Positions 1 to 9,040 are shown, numbered from the stretch's first letter. The stretch: DNA of 64,000 bases from Candidatus Woesearchaeota archaeon (GCA_964578845.1 CAZOEF010000001.1:104591-168590), one strand, 5' to 3'. Made by a program: numbers and translations. Notes: generated by a model not told the origin, from the sequence alone.

Positions 1-302
1 AAAAGCTCGGAGGGAAAATAAATGGCTCAAAGGAAAGAAGGATCTACAATAATGTCCACGCCAGCTTTCCTGGAATAGACAACGGAAACCTAATAGCTTT
101 CTTGTCTAAAAATAATATTTATGTTTCTGCCGGAAGCGCTTGTGATAGCAAAAAAGAGAAAGAAGATCATGTATTGAAAGCTATAGGGCTGACAAAAAAA
201 GATATGGAGAGCTCGATAAGAATAACTTTAGATGATAATTCAATGCATGACGCCAAAAAGTTGATTCAAAAAATAAAGGAATTCATTAAATTTAATCAAT
301 AG
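1..302 (+). CDS. Cysteine desulfurase (IscS/NifS-like), C-terminal fragment; the gene begins upstream of the window
   Basis: The frame is open from the window edge. The translation ...NVHASFPGIDNGNLIAFL...NIYVSAGSACDS...HVLKAIGL...SIRITL matches the conserved C-terminal region of class V aminotransferase cysteine desulfurases. Confidence 0.65.
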   Translation, partial: KLGGKINGSKERRIYNNVHASFPGIDNGNLIAFLSKNNIYVSAGSACDSKKEKEDHVLKAIGLTKKDMESSIRITLDDNSMHDAKKLIQKIKEFIKFNQ

Positions 303-519
303 CCTCTAATCCTTCTTCATCCATTGCAGCATAGGCAATTGTCTGGCCTTCCTCATCTATTATCTCGACGTGGTATTGGCCGTTAGGCAGGATGATATTT
401 ATCTTGCCTTTCATTCCGGCAGTTATTTTTACCGGAGGGTCTGTGTAGGGTTCAACATCCTCATCCAGGGGGGCTCTAAGTAATTTTACTTCCTGGTGCC
501 TTTTGAATTTTGTATCCAT
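292..519 (-). CDS. Small hypothetical protein (DUF4926-like, about 75 aa)
   Basis: A 75-aa ORF with the pattern ...GMKGKINIILPNGQYHVEIIDEEGQTIAYAAMDEEGL, reminiscent of small DUF4926-type proteins. No catalytic motif. Confidence 0.35.
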   Translation of the reverse strand: MDTKFKRHQEVKLLRAPLDEDVEPYTDPPVKITAGMKGKINIILPNGQYHVEIIDEEGQTIAYAAMDEEGLEAID

Positions 520-563
520 GGAATAGTCCTAGAATTGGGAGTATATAATATTTTTGAACAGAA

Positions 564-866
564 TTAGGCTGCATTAGGATTTACTTCATAAACCCCGAGG
601 TATTTTCCGGTTATCGGATGATATGTGTGATACCTAGGAGTGTCAAATTCTCTCATCACAGGCACTTCACAATTTCTATCAGGGTTGACTTTTCTAGCTA
701 ACTCTGGATTACTTTCCAATATCCAATTTCTCTGAATGGTTGTAGTCCCTAGATTTCCTCTTTGTAACTGTCTCCCTTCCAATGTCATTTCTCTGACAAT
801 ATGGGGCATATCGGACTTTCCAAACGTATCAAAAAATCTGTTTATTTCTTCTATCTTGATTATCAT
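564..866 (-). CDS. Hypothetical protein (100 aa)
   Basis: Clean ORF co-oriented with the downstream 75-aa ORF and separated from it by 44 nt. I recognise no family. Confidence 0.35.
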   Translation of the reverse strand: MIIKIEEINRFFDTFGKSDMPHIVREMTLEGRQLQRGNLGTTTIQRNWILESNPELARKVNPDRNCEVPVMREFDTPRYHTYHPITGKYLGVYEVNPNAA

Positions 867-972
867 ATAAAAGCAATTTAGAATTGGTTTTTAAACCTAC
901 CGTCGCAAATTTTCTTAAGACTCTCCCAATATTGATAAGAATATTTTTATAATCTTATTTTATGGATTTTAA

Positions 973-1779
973 ATGGAAGAGGAGATATTTTCACATTCTA
1001 AGTTATCGCTGTTTGAGAACTGCCCTGAAGCATATAAAGTAAAATATATCGATAAGGCTTTCCCTGACATTCCTCAAAGCATACATCTCTTTTTAGGAGG
1101 AGTTGTCCATGAGAGTTTAGAGTGGCTACATTTAGAAGTGCAGGAAGGAAGATCTCCAGGACTTGACGACTTGGTCGAAAAATTCATAGGGCTATGGAAT
1201 GAACAGATAACTGAAGATGTAAGAGTCACCAACGGAGACATTGAACAATATTTCAATAAGGGAGTGAAATTCCTGGTAGATTACTATCAGAAAAACAAGC
1301 CATTTAGCGACAACACAATAGATATTGAGAAACATATTGTCTTTCCCTTAGGAAATACTAGCTACAAGATCCAGGGATATATTGATAGAATTGTAAAGAA
1401 TGAGGAAGGATACGAAGTCCACGATTACAAGACGAATGAATATATGAAGACTCAAGACCAAGTAGATGCGGACAGGCAGCTGGCATTTTACCATATTGGA
1501 TTGAACAATCTATTCGGCCCAGAGACAAAGGTAAAATTAATCTGGCATTTCCTGGCTCATAACAAGACGATCGAATCTAGCAGGACGCAGGAACAGCTTG
1601 AGAGACTTGAGAAAGAGACTATTGAATTAATAGAAAGAATAAAATCAAATTCTGACTGGCCGAGCTGCGGAAAGCATTGGTGCGACTGGTGCGCTTACAA
1701 GAAGAGCAATGGAATAAGCGAATATAAATCTCCGAAGAAGACTATCAATAATGAATTGTTAAAGTATATAGACAAATGA
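973..1779 (+). CDS. PD-(D/E)XK nuclease, Cas4/RecB-like, with a predicted Fe-S cysteine cluster (solo, no cas neighbours)
   Basis: N-terminal ...LSLFENCPEAYKVKYI..., nuclease core GYIDRIVKNEEGYEVHDYKT (D..E.K), QLAFYHIGL, and a C-terminal CGKHWCDWC. One N-terminal Cys plus three C-terminal Cys is the typical Cas4/AddB 4Fe-4S arrangement. Confidence 0.65.
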   Translation: MEEEIFSHSKLSLFENCPEAYKVKYIDKAFPDIPQSIHLFLGGVVHESLEWLHLEVQEGRSPGLDDLVEKFIGLWNEQITEDVRVTNGDIEQYFNKGVKFLVDYYQKNKPFSDNTIDIEKHIVFPLGNTSYKIQGYIDRIVKNEEGYEVHDYKTNEYMKTQDQVDADRQLAFYHIGLNNLFGPETKVKLIWHFLAHNKTIESSRTQEQLERLEKETIELIERIKSNSDWPSCGKHWCDWCAYKKSNGISEYKSPKKTINNELLKYIDK

Positions 1780-2058
1780 TTATCTTTTTTTAGATCGTTT
1801 TCTTGTAGGTCTCTTGGCTGTCTTATTGGAATTGCTCTTGTTTTCAATCTCATCCATCTTTATCTCGGAGAAAAGGAATATATAAAGAATTTCGAGTATT
1901 CCGAGAGTGTTTATGACCAGAAGTATAACGAACCAGATAGAATGGCTTTTCCTTGCAGATTTCCATAATGCCAGGCCTTTCCATACCAAGCTCCAGATCA
2001 ATACAATAGCTAATAACCATAAGGGCAGCCCCAAAAGCTCTGCAACATTAAGCACCAT
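1780..2058 (-). CDS. Small membrane protein (two predicted TM helices, basic C-terminal tail)
   Basis: Hydrophobic stretches LPLWLLAIVLIWSLVW and WFVILLVINTLGILEILYIFLF, with a Lys/Arg-rich C-terminus. Confidence 0.35.
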   Translation of the reverse strand: MVLNVAELLGLPLWLLAIVLIWSLVWKGLALWKSARKSHSIWFVILLVINTLGILEILYIFLFSEIKMDEIENKSNSNKTAKRPTRKRSKKR

Positions 2059-2177
2059 TTTAGGATTAGCGGAACTTTTATTTATAAATGCTTCTGAATT
2101 AAGGCATTATGTGAGCATCATATCTATTTAGGGATATAAAAGTTTAAATAGTAAATAATTTTCTATATGATTAAGGT

Positions 2178-2222
2178 ACAATTTATTGTGTGTTCAGTAA
2201 GAAAAAACACAATATCTTGTAG
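2178..2222. promoter_or_regulatory. Tandem NrdR-box-like palindromes upstream of nrdR (about 2178-2193 acaatttattgtgtgt and 2207-2222 acacaatatcttgtag)
   Basis: Both resemble the bacterial NrdR-box consensus acaCwAtATaTwGtgt. They are centred about 30 bp apart and sit 20-65 bp upstream of the nrdR start. Confidence 0.45.
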
Positions 2223-2240
2223 TAACTAAAAAGAGGATAC

Positions 2241-2687
2241 ATGTTATGTCCGTACTGCTCCCATTCCGAAACAAAGGTAACTGACAAGAGAGACAGCGGA
2301 AAAATAACACGAAGAAGACGCGAATGCCTCAAGTGTGAAAAGAGATTTTCAACATATGAGGAAGTTGAACTCTCGGAACTCCGAGTGATCAAAAAAGACG
2401 GAAGAAGGGAAACCTTCAGCAGGGAAAAAGTTATGTCAGGCATTGTTAAGGCCTGTGAGAAACGCCCTGTAGATAAAGACAAGATTGATAAGATGGTAGA
2501 CAGCATTGAACAGAGATTGAGAAAAAGAGGGAATGAGGTTAAAAGCACTATGATCGGAGAGCTGATTTCTAAAGAACTAAAGAAGACTGACAAAGTAGCC
2601 TACATAAGATTCGCATCTGTTTACAGAGATTTTGCAGATATATCTGATTTCAAGGATGAGATAAAAAGTCTTTTGGAGAGAAAATGA
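2241..2687 (+). CDS. nrdR: Transcriptional repressor NrdR (zinc ribbon + ATP-cone)
   Basis: N-terminal CPYC...(x)...CLKC zinc ribbon with RRRREC, followed by an ATP-cone (VIKKDGRRETFSREKV...). Its stop codon overlaps the start of the downstream ribonucleotide reductase. Confidence 0.8.
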   Translation: MLCPYCSHSETKVTDKRDSGKITRRRRECLKCEKRFSTYEEVELSELRVIKKDGRRETFSREKVMSGIVKACEKRPVDKDKIDKMVDSIEQRLRKRGNEVKSTMIGELISKELKKTDKVAYIRFASVYRDFADISDFKDEIKSLLERK

Positions 2688-5551
2688 ATGAGGAAAATGT
2701 AAGAAAGCAAATTGAAGATGAGAATACATTTAGTATTGAGAGCAAGCCGAGAGGAGTAATAGGATCTTCTGTGCAGGACAGCAATTTTGAACTGAAAAGA
2801 TATTTCACTTTTGATGGAAAAGATCCGTTCCAGTTCGATATTTTTGGAAACCCTATAAACTGGACAAGTGAGGATGTGAGCGTGACTGATGATTCTGGAA
2901 AAGTAGTCTTCACACAGAAAAGGGTTAGAAAACCTGATTTCTGGTCGCCTTTAGCATTAAAAGTTGTAGCTAGTAAATATTTCTGGGGAGATATGGCTAA
3001 AGGAGAAAGAGAGACTTCTGTACAGGATTTGATCGGCAGGGTTAGCAGGTGGTTCGAAAGGCAGGCAATGATGCAAAACTACTTTGGTCCTGAAAAAGCA
3101 AAAATATTGAAAGATGAGCTTGCATCTATCTGTCTTAACCAATTATGTGTGTTCAACTCTCCTGTATGGTTCAATGTAGGAATACAAGAATATGATAAGA
3201 ATGCTGGAGGAGTTTCTGCTTATGTATGGGATGAAGCCAACCAGAAAGTGGTAAAGGCTGATAAAAAAATGGACAGGCCGCAATGTTCTGCGTGTTTCAT
3301 CCAAAGCACTGGAGACACAATGGATTCAATCATGGCTGTCCAGTTAGCTGAAGCTAATCTATTCAAGGCAGGTTCTGGAACTGGCACAAACAGATCCTCA
3401 CTAAGAAGCTCAAAGGAGAAACTAACAGGAGGCGGCCGAGCATCAGGACCTGTTTCGTTTATGAGAGGATATGACGCTTATGCAGGAATAATCAAATCCG
3501 GCGGCAAGACAAGAAGGGCTGCAAAGATGGAAATATTGAATGTCAGCCATCCAGATATAATTGATTTCATCGAATCAAAGCAAAAGGAAGAGAAGAAAGC
3601 ATGGGCATTGATTGAACAAGGCTACTCAGGCGGACTGAACGGGGAAGCTTATGCGAGCATTGCATTCCAGAACTGCAATATGTCAGTAAGAGTTACAGAT
3701 GATTTTATGCAGCAGGTCAAGAATGATGGGGAATGGAAAACAAGATTCGTGAAGGACGGTAGCGCCTGTGAGACTTTCCAGGCCAAGGATATAATCAAGA
3801 AAATTGCAGAAGGCACATATATATGCGGCGATCCTGGAATGCAGTTTGATTCTGTGATAAACAAGTACCATACTTGCAAGAACTCAGGCAGGATAAACGC
3901 ATCTAATCCATGTTCTGAATATATGTTCTTAGATGACAGCGCATGCAACCTTGCTTCTATCAATCTAATGAAATTCAGGACTAAGGAAGGAGGATTTGAT
4001 TCTGAAAAATTCAGGAAAGTTGTAAGGGCATTCATAACTGCGATGGATATAATAGTCGATGGAGCTAGCTATCCTACTGAGCTTATATGCAAGAACTCAA
4101 GAGATTTCAGGCCGTTAGGCCTAGGTTATGCAAATCTTGGAGCTTTGCTTATGAGCATGGGTTTGCCTTATGATTCAGATGAAGGAAGGGCTGTAGCAGC
4201 TGCAATCACTGCTATAATGTGCGGAGAAGCTTACAAGACTTCAGCTGATTTAGCAAAACTAGTAGGTCCTTTCCCAAGGTACAACGAGAATAGGGATTCA
4301 ATGATGCAAGTCATGAAAATGCACAGGGATCATGTGAAAGATATTGAGGTCAATAAGATGCCTTCTGAACTTAGATATTTAGTTAACGATGCATGGGATT
4401 CCTGGAGCTCTGCTGTTGAGACTGGTGAACAACACGGATTCAGGAATTCGCAGGCAACAGTCTTGGCTCCTACAGGAACGATAGCTTTCATGATGGACTG
4501 TGACACTACAGGAATTGAGCCAGATATTGCATTAGTGAAATATAAAGTCCTATCAGGAGGCGGAATGCTAAAAATAGTCAATAGGAGTGTCCCGCTTGCA
4601 TTAAATAATCTGGGATATTCTAAAGACGAGGTAAACGAAATAGTAGACTATGTTGATAAGAATGAGACTATTGAAGGAGCTCCGATATTAAAGGATGAAC
4701 ACTTACCAATATTTGACTGCGCTTTCAAGGCTGCTAAAGGAAAGAGATCTGTGCATTACAAGGGGCACATAAAAATGATGGCCGTGAGCCAGCCATTCCT
4801 ATCAGGGGCAATAAGCAAGACAGTAAATATGCCCGAACATTCAACTGTAGATGATATTGCTGATGCTTATGCGTTTTCCTGGGAACAGGGACTAAAGGCT
4901 GTAGCTATATATAGAGAGAACAGCAAGAAGAGCCAGCCACTGAATACTCAAAAGACTGAAGGCGAAAGAGTCAAAGGATCCCAAAAAATATTAGAAATAA
5001 GGACAAAGCTTCCTCAGACAAGGAAATCCTTAACACATAAGTTCGATATTGCAGGACATGAAGGATATATCACTGTAGGGCTTTACGACGATGGAAAACC
5101 TGGGGAAATATTTGTTTCAATGCATAAGACAGGATCAACTATCAGAGGGCTTATGGACAGCTGGGCAACATCAGTATCTCTGAACTTACAGTACGGAATA
5201 CCTGTTTCAGTTTTGTTCAAGAAATTCAGGCACCAGAAATTCGAGCCCGCAGGATTTGTGAAGAATGTCGAGCAGGGAGACCTTGACAAGAAGAGAATAG
5301 CGATAAGGACAGCATCATCCATTGTTGATTATGTGGCGCAATTTATGCTGAATACATTTGGAGAAGGCGCAGCGAAGATGGAAGTAACTCTTGAGACGAT
5401 TGAAAAACCTGAAGAGCAGACAGATTTGACAGATTTTGGCAATGAAGGATTGGTCTGTCCTCTTTGCGGTGGGCCTGCTAAAAGAATGGGCAATTGTTCA
5501 ATGTATTGTACAAGCTGCAAGCAGTCAACAAGAGGCGGCTGCGGGGAATAA
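2684..5551 (+). CDS. nrdJ: Adenosylcobalamin-dependent (class II) ribonucleotide reductase
   Basis: 955 aa. The ribonucleotide reductase barrel motifs are present (NPCSEYMFLDDSACNLASINL, ...GLGYANLGALLM...). The C-terminal CPLCGGP...C..C...C zinc ribbon is typical of NrdJ. Confidence 0.85.
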   Translation: MNEENVRKQIEDENTFSIESKPRGVIGSSVQDSNFELKRYFTFDGKDPFQFDIFGNPINWTSEDVSVTDDSGKVVFTQKRVRKPDFWSPLALKVVASKYFWGDMAKGERETSVQDLIGRVSRWFERQAMMQNYFGPEKAKILKDELASICLNQLCVFNSPVWFNVGIQEYDKNAGGVSAYVWDEANQKVVKADKKMDRPQCSACFIQSTGDTMDSIMAVQLAEANLFKAGSGTGTNRSSLRSSKEKLTGGGRASGPVSFMRGYDAYAGIIKSGGKTRRAAKMEILNVSHPDIIDFIESKQKEEKKAWALIEQGYSGGLNGEAYASIAFQNCNMSVRVTDDFMQQVKNDGEWKTRFVKDGSACETFQAKDIIKKIAEGTYICGDPGMQFDSVINKYHTCKNSGRINASNPCSEYMFLDDSACNLASINLMKFRTKEGGFDSEKFRKVVRAFITAMDIIVDGASYPTELICKNSRDFRPLGLGYANLGALLMSMGLPYDSDEGRAVAAAITAIMCGEAYKTSADLAKLVGPFPRYNENRDSMMQVMKMHRDHVKDIEVNKMPSELRYLVNDAWDSWSSAVETGEQHGFRNSQATVLAPTGTIAFMMDCDTTGIEPDIALVKYKVLSGGGMLKIVNRSVPLALNNLGYSKDEVNEIVDYVDKNETIEGAPILKDEHLPIFDCAFKAAKGKRSVHYKGHIKMMAVSQPFLSGAISKTVNMPEHSTVDDIADAYAFSWEQGLKAVAIYRENSKKSQPLNTQKTEGERVKGSQKILEIRTKLPQTRKSLTHKFDIAGHEGYITVGLYDDGKPGEIFVSMHKTGSTIRGLMDSWATSVSLNLQYGIPVSVLFKKFRHQKFEPAGFVKNVEQGDLDKKRIAIRTASSIVDYVAQFMLNTFGEGAAKMEVTLETIEKPEEQTDLTDFGNEGLVCPLCGGPAKRMGNCSMYCTSCKQSTRGGCGE

Positions 5552-5588
5552 CACAAATCATTAAATACCTCAACTATTTTTTCAGTAC

Positions 5589-7388
5589 ATGCTAGACGTC
5601 AGCAAGACAGAATGGGACTTATCTATGCTTTTTTCAGGTGATGACGATCCTAAAATTGAGAAAGTAAAGAAACAAATCGAAGAGGAAGTAAAAAAGTTTG
5701 TCTTAAAATGGAAAGGCAGGGATGATTACCTTGAAGATCCAAAAGCATTGAAAGAGGCGCTTGATGAATATGAGAAGCTGATGAGGGATTATGGCACTGA
5801 AGGAAATATATATTATTATTTTGCAAAGAGATCATCACAGGACCAAAATGACCCGGTGATAAGAGCTAAAGAAAAGAAGATAGAGGACTTTGCCCTTAAG
5901 AAAGATAATGAATTGATGTTCTTTCGCCTGAATTTAACAAGAATCCCCTTAGAAAAGCAGCCCAAATTTTTGGAAGATATTTCTCTTAGGAAATACAGGC
6001 ATTTCCTAAGTAGAATATTTGCAGAAGCTAAACATATCCTTAGTGAAAAGGAAGAGCGGATAATGAACCTCAAATCATCTGTCTCTCATTTCAATTGGAT
6101 GAGGATGATCTCTAATTTCCTTGTGAAAGAAGAGAGAATAGTTCTTAACGAAGAGGGTAATGAAGAATTAAAGAATTTTTCTGAGATAATGAGCCTTCTA
6201 AGCAGCCAGAAAAAAGAAATAAGGGATTGTGCGGCAAAGGCGTTGAATGAAATTCTTGCAAATCATGTGGATGCTGCAGAGAATGAGCTTAATTCAATCA
6301 TGGAAAATAAGAAGATAAACGATGAGCTCCGTAATTATCCGAGAGCTGATTCTGCAAGGCACATTATTGATGATATTGAAACAGAGATTGTTGATTCATT
6401 AATAGAAGAAGTCACAAAAAGGTTTGATCTTTCTAAAAAGTTCTATGAGCTGAAAGCAAAACTGATGGGGCTCCATAAACTTGAGTATCACGAAAGGAAT
6501 GTCCCTTATGGAAAAGTTGATAAAAAATATAACTGGCAGGAGGGAGCTGATCTTGTCTATAAGGTACTGAGCGGCCTTGATGAGGAATTTGGGAACATCG
6601 TTAAGAAGTTTATTGAAAAAGGACATATTGATGTTTTCCCGAAAAAGGGAAAAACAGGAGGAGGCTATTGTGCAAATAATCTCGTCGGCAGCCCTGTATA
6701 CATACTGCTTAATTATACAGATAGGATGAGGGACATTGCTACTTTGGCACATGAGGCAGGCCATGGAATAAATGATGAACTGATGAAAAAACAAAATTCG
6801 CTCAATTATGCGACCTCACTTGCAACTGCCGAAGTTGCGAGCACATTTATGGAGGACTTTGTTTTTGAGGAGCTCTTAAAAGATGCTGATGAAGAGACAA
6901 GATTATCGCTGATGGTAAATAAGCTGAATGATGACATTTCCACTATAATAAGGCAGGTTGCTTGCTATAATCTTGAGATGGAATTGCACAAAGAATTTAG
7001 AGACAAGGGATACTTATCTAAGGAAGACATAGGAAAAATATTCAGAAAGAACATGGAGTCTTACATGGGAGAATATGTTGAGCAGTCTGCAGGAAGTGAG
7101 AACTGGTGGATCTCTTGGGAACATATTAGGTATTTGTTCTACGTCTACAGCTACGCTTCAGGGCTATTGATATCTAAAGCTATGCAGAGAAAAGTAAAAG
7201 AAGATCCTGGATTTATCTCTAAAGTGAAAGAGTTCTTATCTGCAGGAATGTCAAAATCCCCTAAAGAGATATTTTTAGATATGGGAATTGACATCTCTAA
7301 GAAAGAATTCTGGGCCGAAGGAATGAAGGAAGTTGAAGACCTGCTGAATGAGACAGAAGCACTTGCCAAAAAATTAGGCAAGATCTGA
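5589..7388 (+). CDS. pepF: M3B family oligoendopeptidase F-like metallopeptidase
   Basis: 599 aa. Zincin HExxH motif in LAHEAGHGINDE, and overall PepF-like organisation. Confidence 0.75.
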   Translation: MLDVSKTEWDLSMLFSGDDDPKIEKVKKQIEEEVKKFVLKWKGRDDYLEDPKALKEALDEYEKLMRDYGTEGNIYYYFAKRSSQDQNDPVIRAKEKKIEDFALKKDNELMFFRLNLTRIPLEKQPKFLEDISLRKYRHFLSRIFAEAKHILSEKEERIMNLKSSVSHFNWMRMISNFLVKEERIVLNEEGNEELKNFSEIMSLLSSQKKEIRDCAAKALNEILANHVDAAENELNSIMENKKINDELRNYPRADSARHIIDDIETEIVDSLIEEVTKRFDLSKKFYELKAKLMGLHKLEYHERNVPYGKVDKKYNWQEGADLVYKVLSGLDEEFGNIVKKFIEKGHIDVFPKKGKTGGGYCANNLVGSPVYILLNYTDRMRDIATLAHEAGHGINDELMKKQNSLNYATSLATAEVASTFMEDFVFEELLKDADEETRLSLMVNKLNDDISTIIRQVACYNLEMELHKEFRDKGYLSKEDIGKIFRKNMESYMGEYVEQSAGSENWWISWEHIRYLFYVYSYASGLLISKAMQRKVKEDPGFISKVKEFLSAGMSKSPKEIFLDMGIDISKKEFWAEGMKEVEDLLNETEALAKKLGKI

Positions 7389-7445
7389 CGACGATATTTA
7401 CAATTTTTCCAAAAGATTTATTAATCAAATCTCTCAAGAGATTTA

Positions 7446-7763
7446 ATGGCAGGAAACATAACAGTCCTTGATGAGAATAGTTTTGATGATTTTATCTCTT
7501 CAGGCAATTGCGTGATAGATTTCTACGCTGACTGGTGCGGACCTTGCAAGATAATGGCCCCGCATTTCCAGAAAGCTTCTGAGGAGTTTACTAATGTTAA
7601 ATTCGCTAAAGTCGATGTTGATGCGAATCCGGATTTAGCAGGAAGATTCCAGGTCATGTCAATACCTACTACATTATTCATCAAGGATAAAGAGCAGGTC
7701 GACAGGTTCACTGGAGCGATGAGGCTCGAAGAGATCAAGGAAAAGATTGAGAGCAACTTCTAA
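7446..7763 (+). CDS. trxA: Thioredoxin
   Basis: 105 aa, WCGPCK active site, thioredoxin-length fold. Confidence 0.85.
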   Translation: MAGNITVLDENSFDDFISSGNCVIDFYADWCGPCKIMAPHFQKASEEFTNVKFAKVDVDANPDLAGRFQVMSIPTTLFIKDKEQVDRFTGAMRLEEIKEKIESNF

Positions 7764-7766
7764 ACA

Positions 7767-7774
7767 TTTAAATA
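7767..7774 (+). promoter_or_regulatory. TATA-like box (TTTAAATA) about 27 nt upstream of tRNA-Lys
   Basis: AT-rich box at the spacing expected for an archaeal promoter. Confidence 0.4.
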
Positions 7775-7797
7775 ACAAAATTTTCTCAGAAGCTTAA

Positions 7798-7958
7798 GGC
7801 CCTGTAGCTCAGCCTGGTTAGAGCACCAGACTCTTACTACAACTTCTTTTAGAAAAAGAAGTTCTAGGAGTCAAGAAAACTACAATTAGGCTAACGCCTA
7901 ATCTTGACTTTGATAAGGAGTGATCTGGGTGCCGGGGGTTCAAATCCCCTCAGGGCCA
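7798..7958 (+). tRNA. tRNA-Lys(CTT) with an 86-nt intron at the canonical 37/38 position (intron 7837..7922)
   Basis: Acceptor GGCCCTG / CAGGGCC; D-arm GCTC-AGCCTGGTTA-GAGC; anticodon stem CCAGA (7826-7830) pairs with TCTGG (7924-7928); loop CTCTTA|A gives anticodon CTT; T-arm GGGGG-TTCAAAT-CCCCT; discriminator A. Exon CTCTT can pair with intron AGGAG (7916-7920), giving a bulge-helix-bulge-like junction. The intron contains the hairpin AACTTCTTTT-AG-AAAAAGAAGTT. Confidence 0.75.
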
Positions 7959-8614
7959 TTTAAATCAGAAGTGCTCCTACAATAAACCTGCCTCTCAGGA
8001 TCAAATCTGAACCCTTCTCTTTTTGCAGTTACGTCATAAATCATCTTTGCTCCAGTTTTATTTATTCTAACACTTTCATATCGATTTCTTGTGTGGGGCA
8101 AAACCAAGACCTCAGGGATCATGTTAACATGAGCCCATCTGAATGCAGTGTTTAGTAGAGCGTTTGGCCACTTAAGATCTGAGAGATAATCTGCCCCCTT
8201 CACTCCTTGGAGTTGAGATACTAGAATAGCGTTTCTGACAGGTTCAAAACCAATCATGGCTAGAGGCTTGTCCTCGGGAGAACATAACGAAAACCCATAA
8301 AAAGTATCACGCCATATGTCGCAAGACCACCATCCATTTCTTTTAATAGTAAATCTAGATGTATCTAGAGAAGAGTCTTTTTTATAGCCATCTATAAATG
8401 ATTCCTCTAGAAATTCCGCTCTCGAGATCTTGCCTGGAATTGAAGACACGAATCTGCGAAGCTCTATCATTAGATTTATTGCATCTCCCAGATCTGAGAA
8501 TCTCTTTCCCCTGATTGTGAAAGCATGGTCAAGAGGTTTCAAAGGTTCAATCATGCTCCAATATGGTTGGACTGGAGAGGCTTTGTTTTCTCTTGAGGAG
8601 TTAGATCTCATCAA
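7940..8614 (-). CDS. Hypothetical protein (224 aa); its 3' end overlaps the tRNA-Lys 3' end by 19 nt
   Basis: Long clean ORF with no recognisable motif (contains ...NGWWSCDIWRDTFYGF...). The overlap with the tRNA makes the exact C-terminus uncertain. Confidence 0.4.
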   Translation of the reverse strand: MMRSNSSRENKASPVQPYWSMIEPLKPLDHAFTIRGKRFSDLGDAINLMIELRRFVSSIPGKISRAEFLEESFIDGYKKDSSLDTSRFTIKRNGWWSCDIWRDTFYGFSLCSPEDKPLAMIGFEPVRNAILVSQLQGVKGADYLSDLKWPNALLNTAFRWAHVNMIPEVLVLPHTRNRYESVRINKTGAKMIYDVTAKREGFRFDPERQVYCRSTSDLNGPEGI

Positions 8615-8836
8615 ATTTATCCAAAAGTGGCTAATTTAAATATATGCCTAAATTGGGAAGACGGAGTCAATTAGATAGCAGCTATTTGGCATCCTTGAGC
8701 ATATTAGGATTATTGCCTTGCAATATACATTTCTGGCACCAAAAACCATTTTAGCAGAAACATTTAAAAAGCCACTTTTACAGTCTTTTATTATTCCAAG
8801 GTTGTAATAGCCATTTTTGCAACAAAAACTATTCCA

Positions 8837-9040
8837 ATGCACATATTAAAGCCCAAACATTCAAGAATGAAGCCAGAAGAGGTAAAAAAACTAATTGAAA
8901 AATATAATCTTTCTGTTTCTCAGCTTCCAAAAATAAAATTAAATGATCCTTGTGTACCTGAAGGATGCCAGACTGGAGATGTCCTTAAGATCGAAAGAGC
9001 CAGTGACAAGACCAAGGAATATTATAGGGTGGTAGTATGA
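8837..9040 (+). CDS. rpoH: DNA-directed RNA polymerase subunit H (Rpb5-like)
   Basis: HILKPKH...LPKIKLNDP...GDVLKIERAS...YYRVVV matches archaeal RpoH. It is immediately upstream of rpoB, the canonical position. Confidence 0.8.
   Translation: MHILKPKHSRMKPEEVKKLIEKYNLSVSQLPKIKLNDPCVPEGCQTGDVLKIERASDKTKEYYRVVV

Noticed and set aside
7837-7922. Possible C/D-box sRNA embedded in the tRNA-Lys intron (as in archaeal tRNA-Trp introns)
   Set aside because: No RUGAUGA C-box or CUGA D-box pair was found. Only a weak TGATAA near the 3' end.
8430-8842. ORFs 8430-8639 (+) and 8648-8842 (-) in the tRNA-Lys/rpoH interval
   Set aside because: One is antisense to the 224-aa gene. The other lies in the AT-rich promoter region of the RNA polymerase operon with an implausible composition. 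Neither has a motif.
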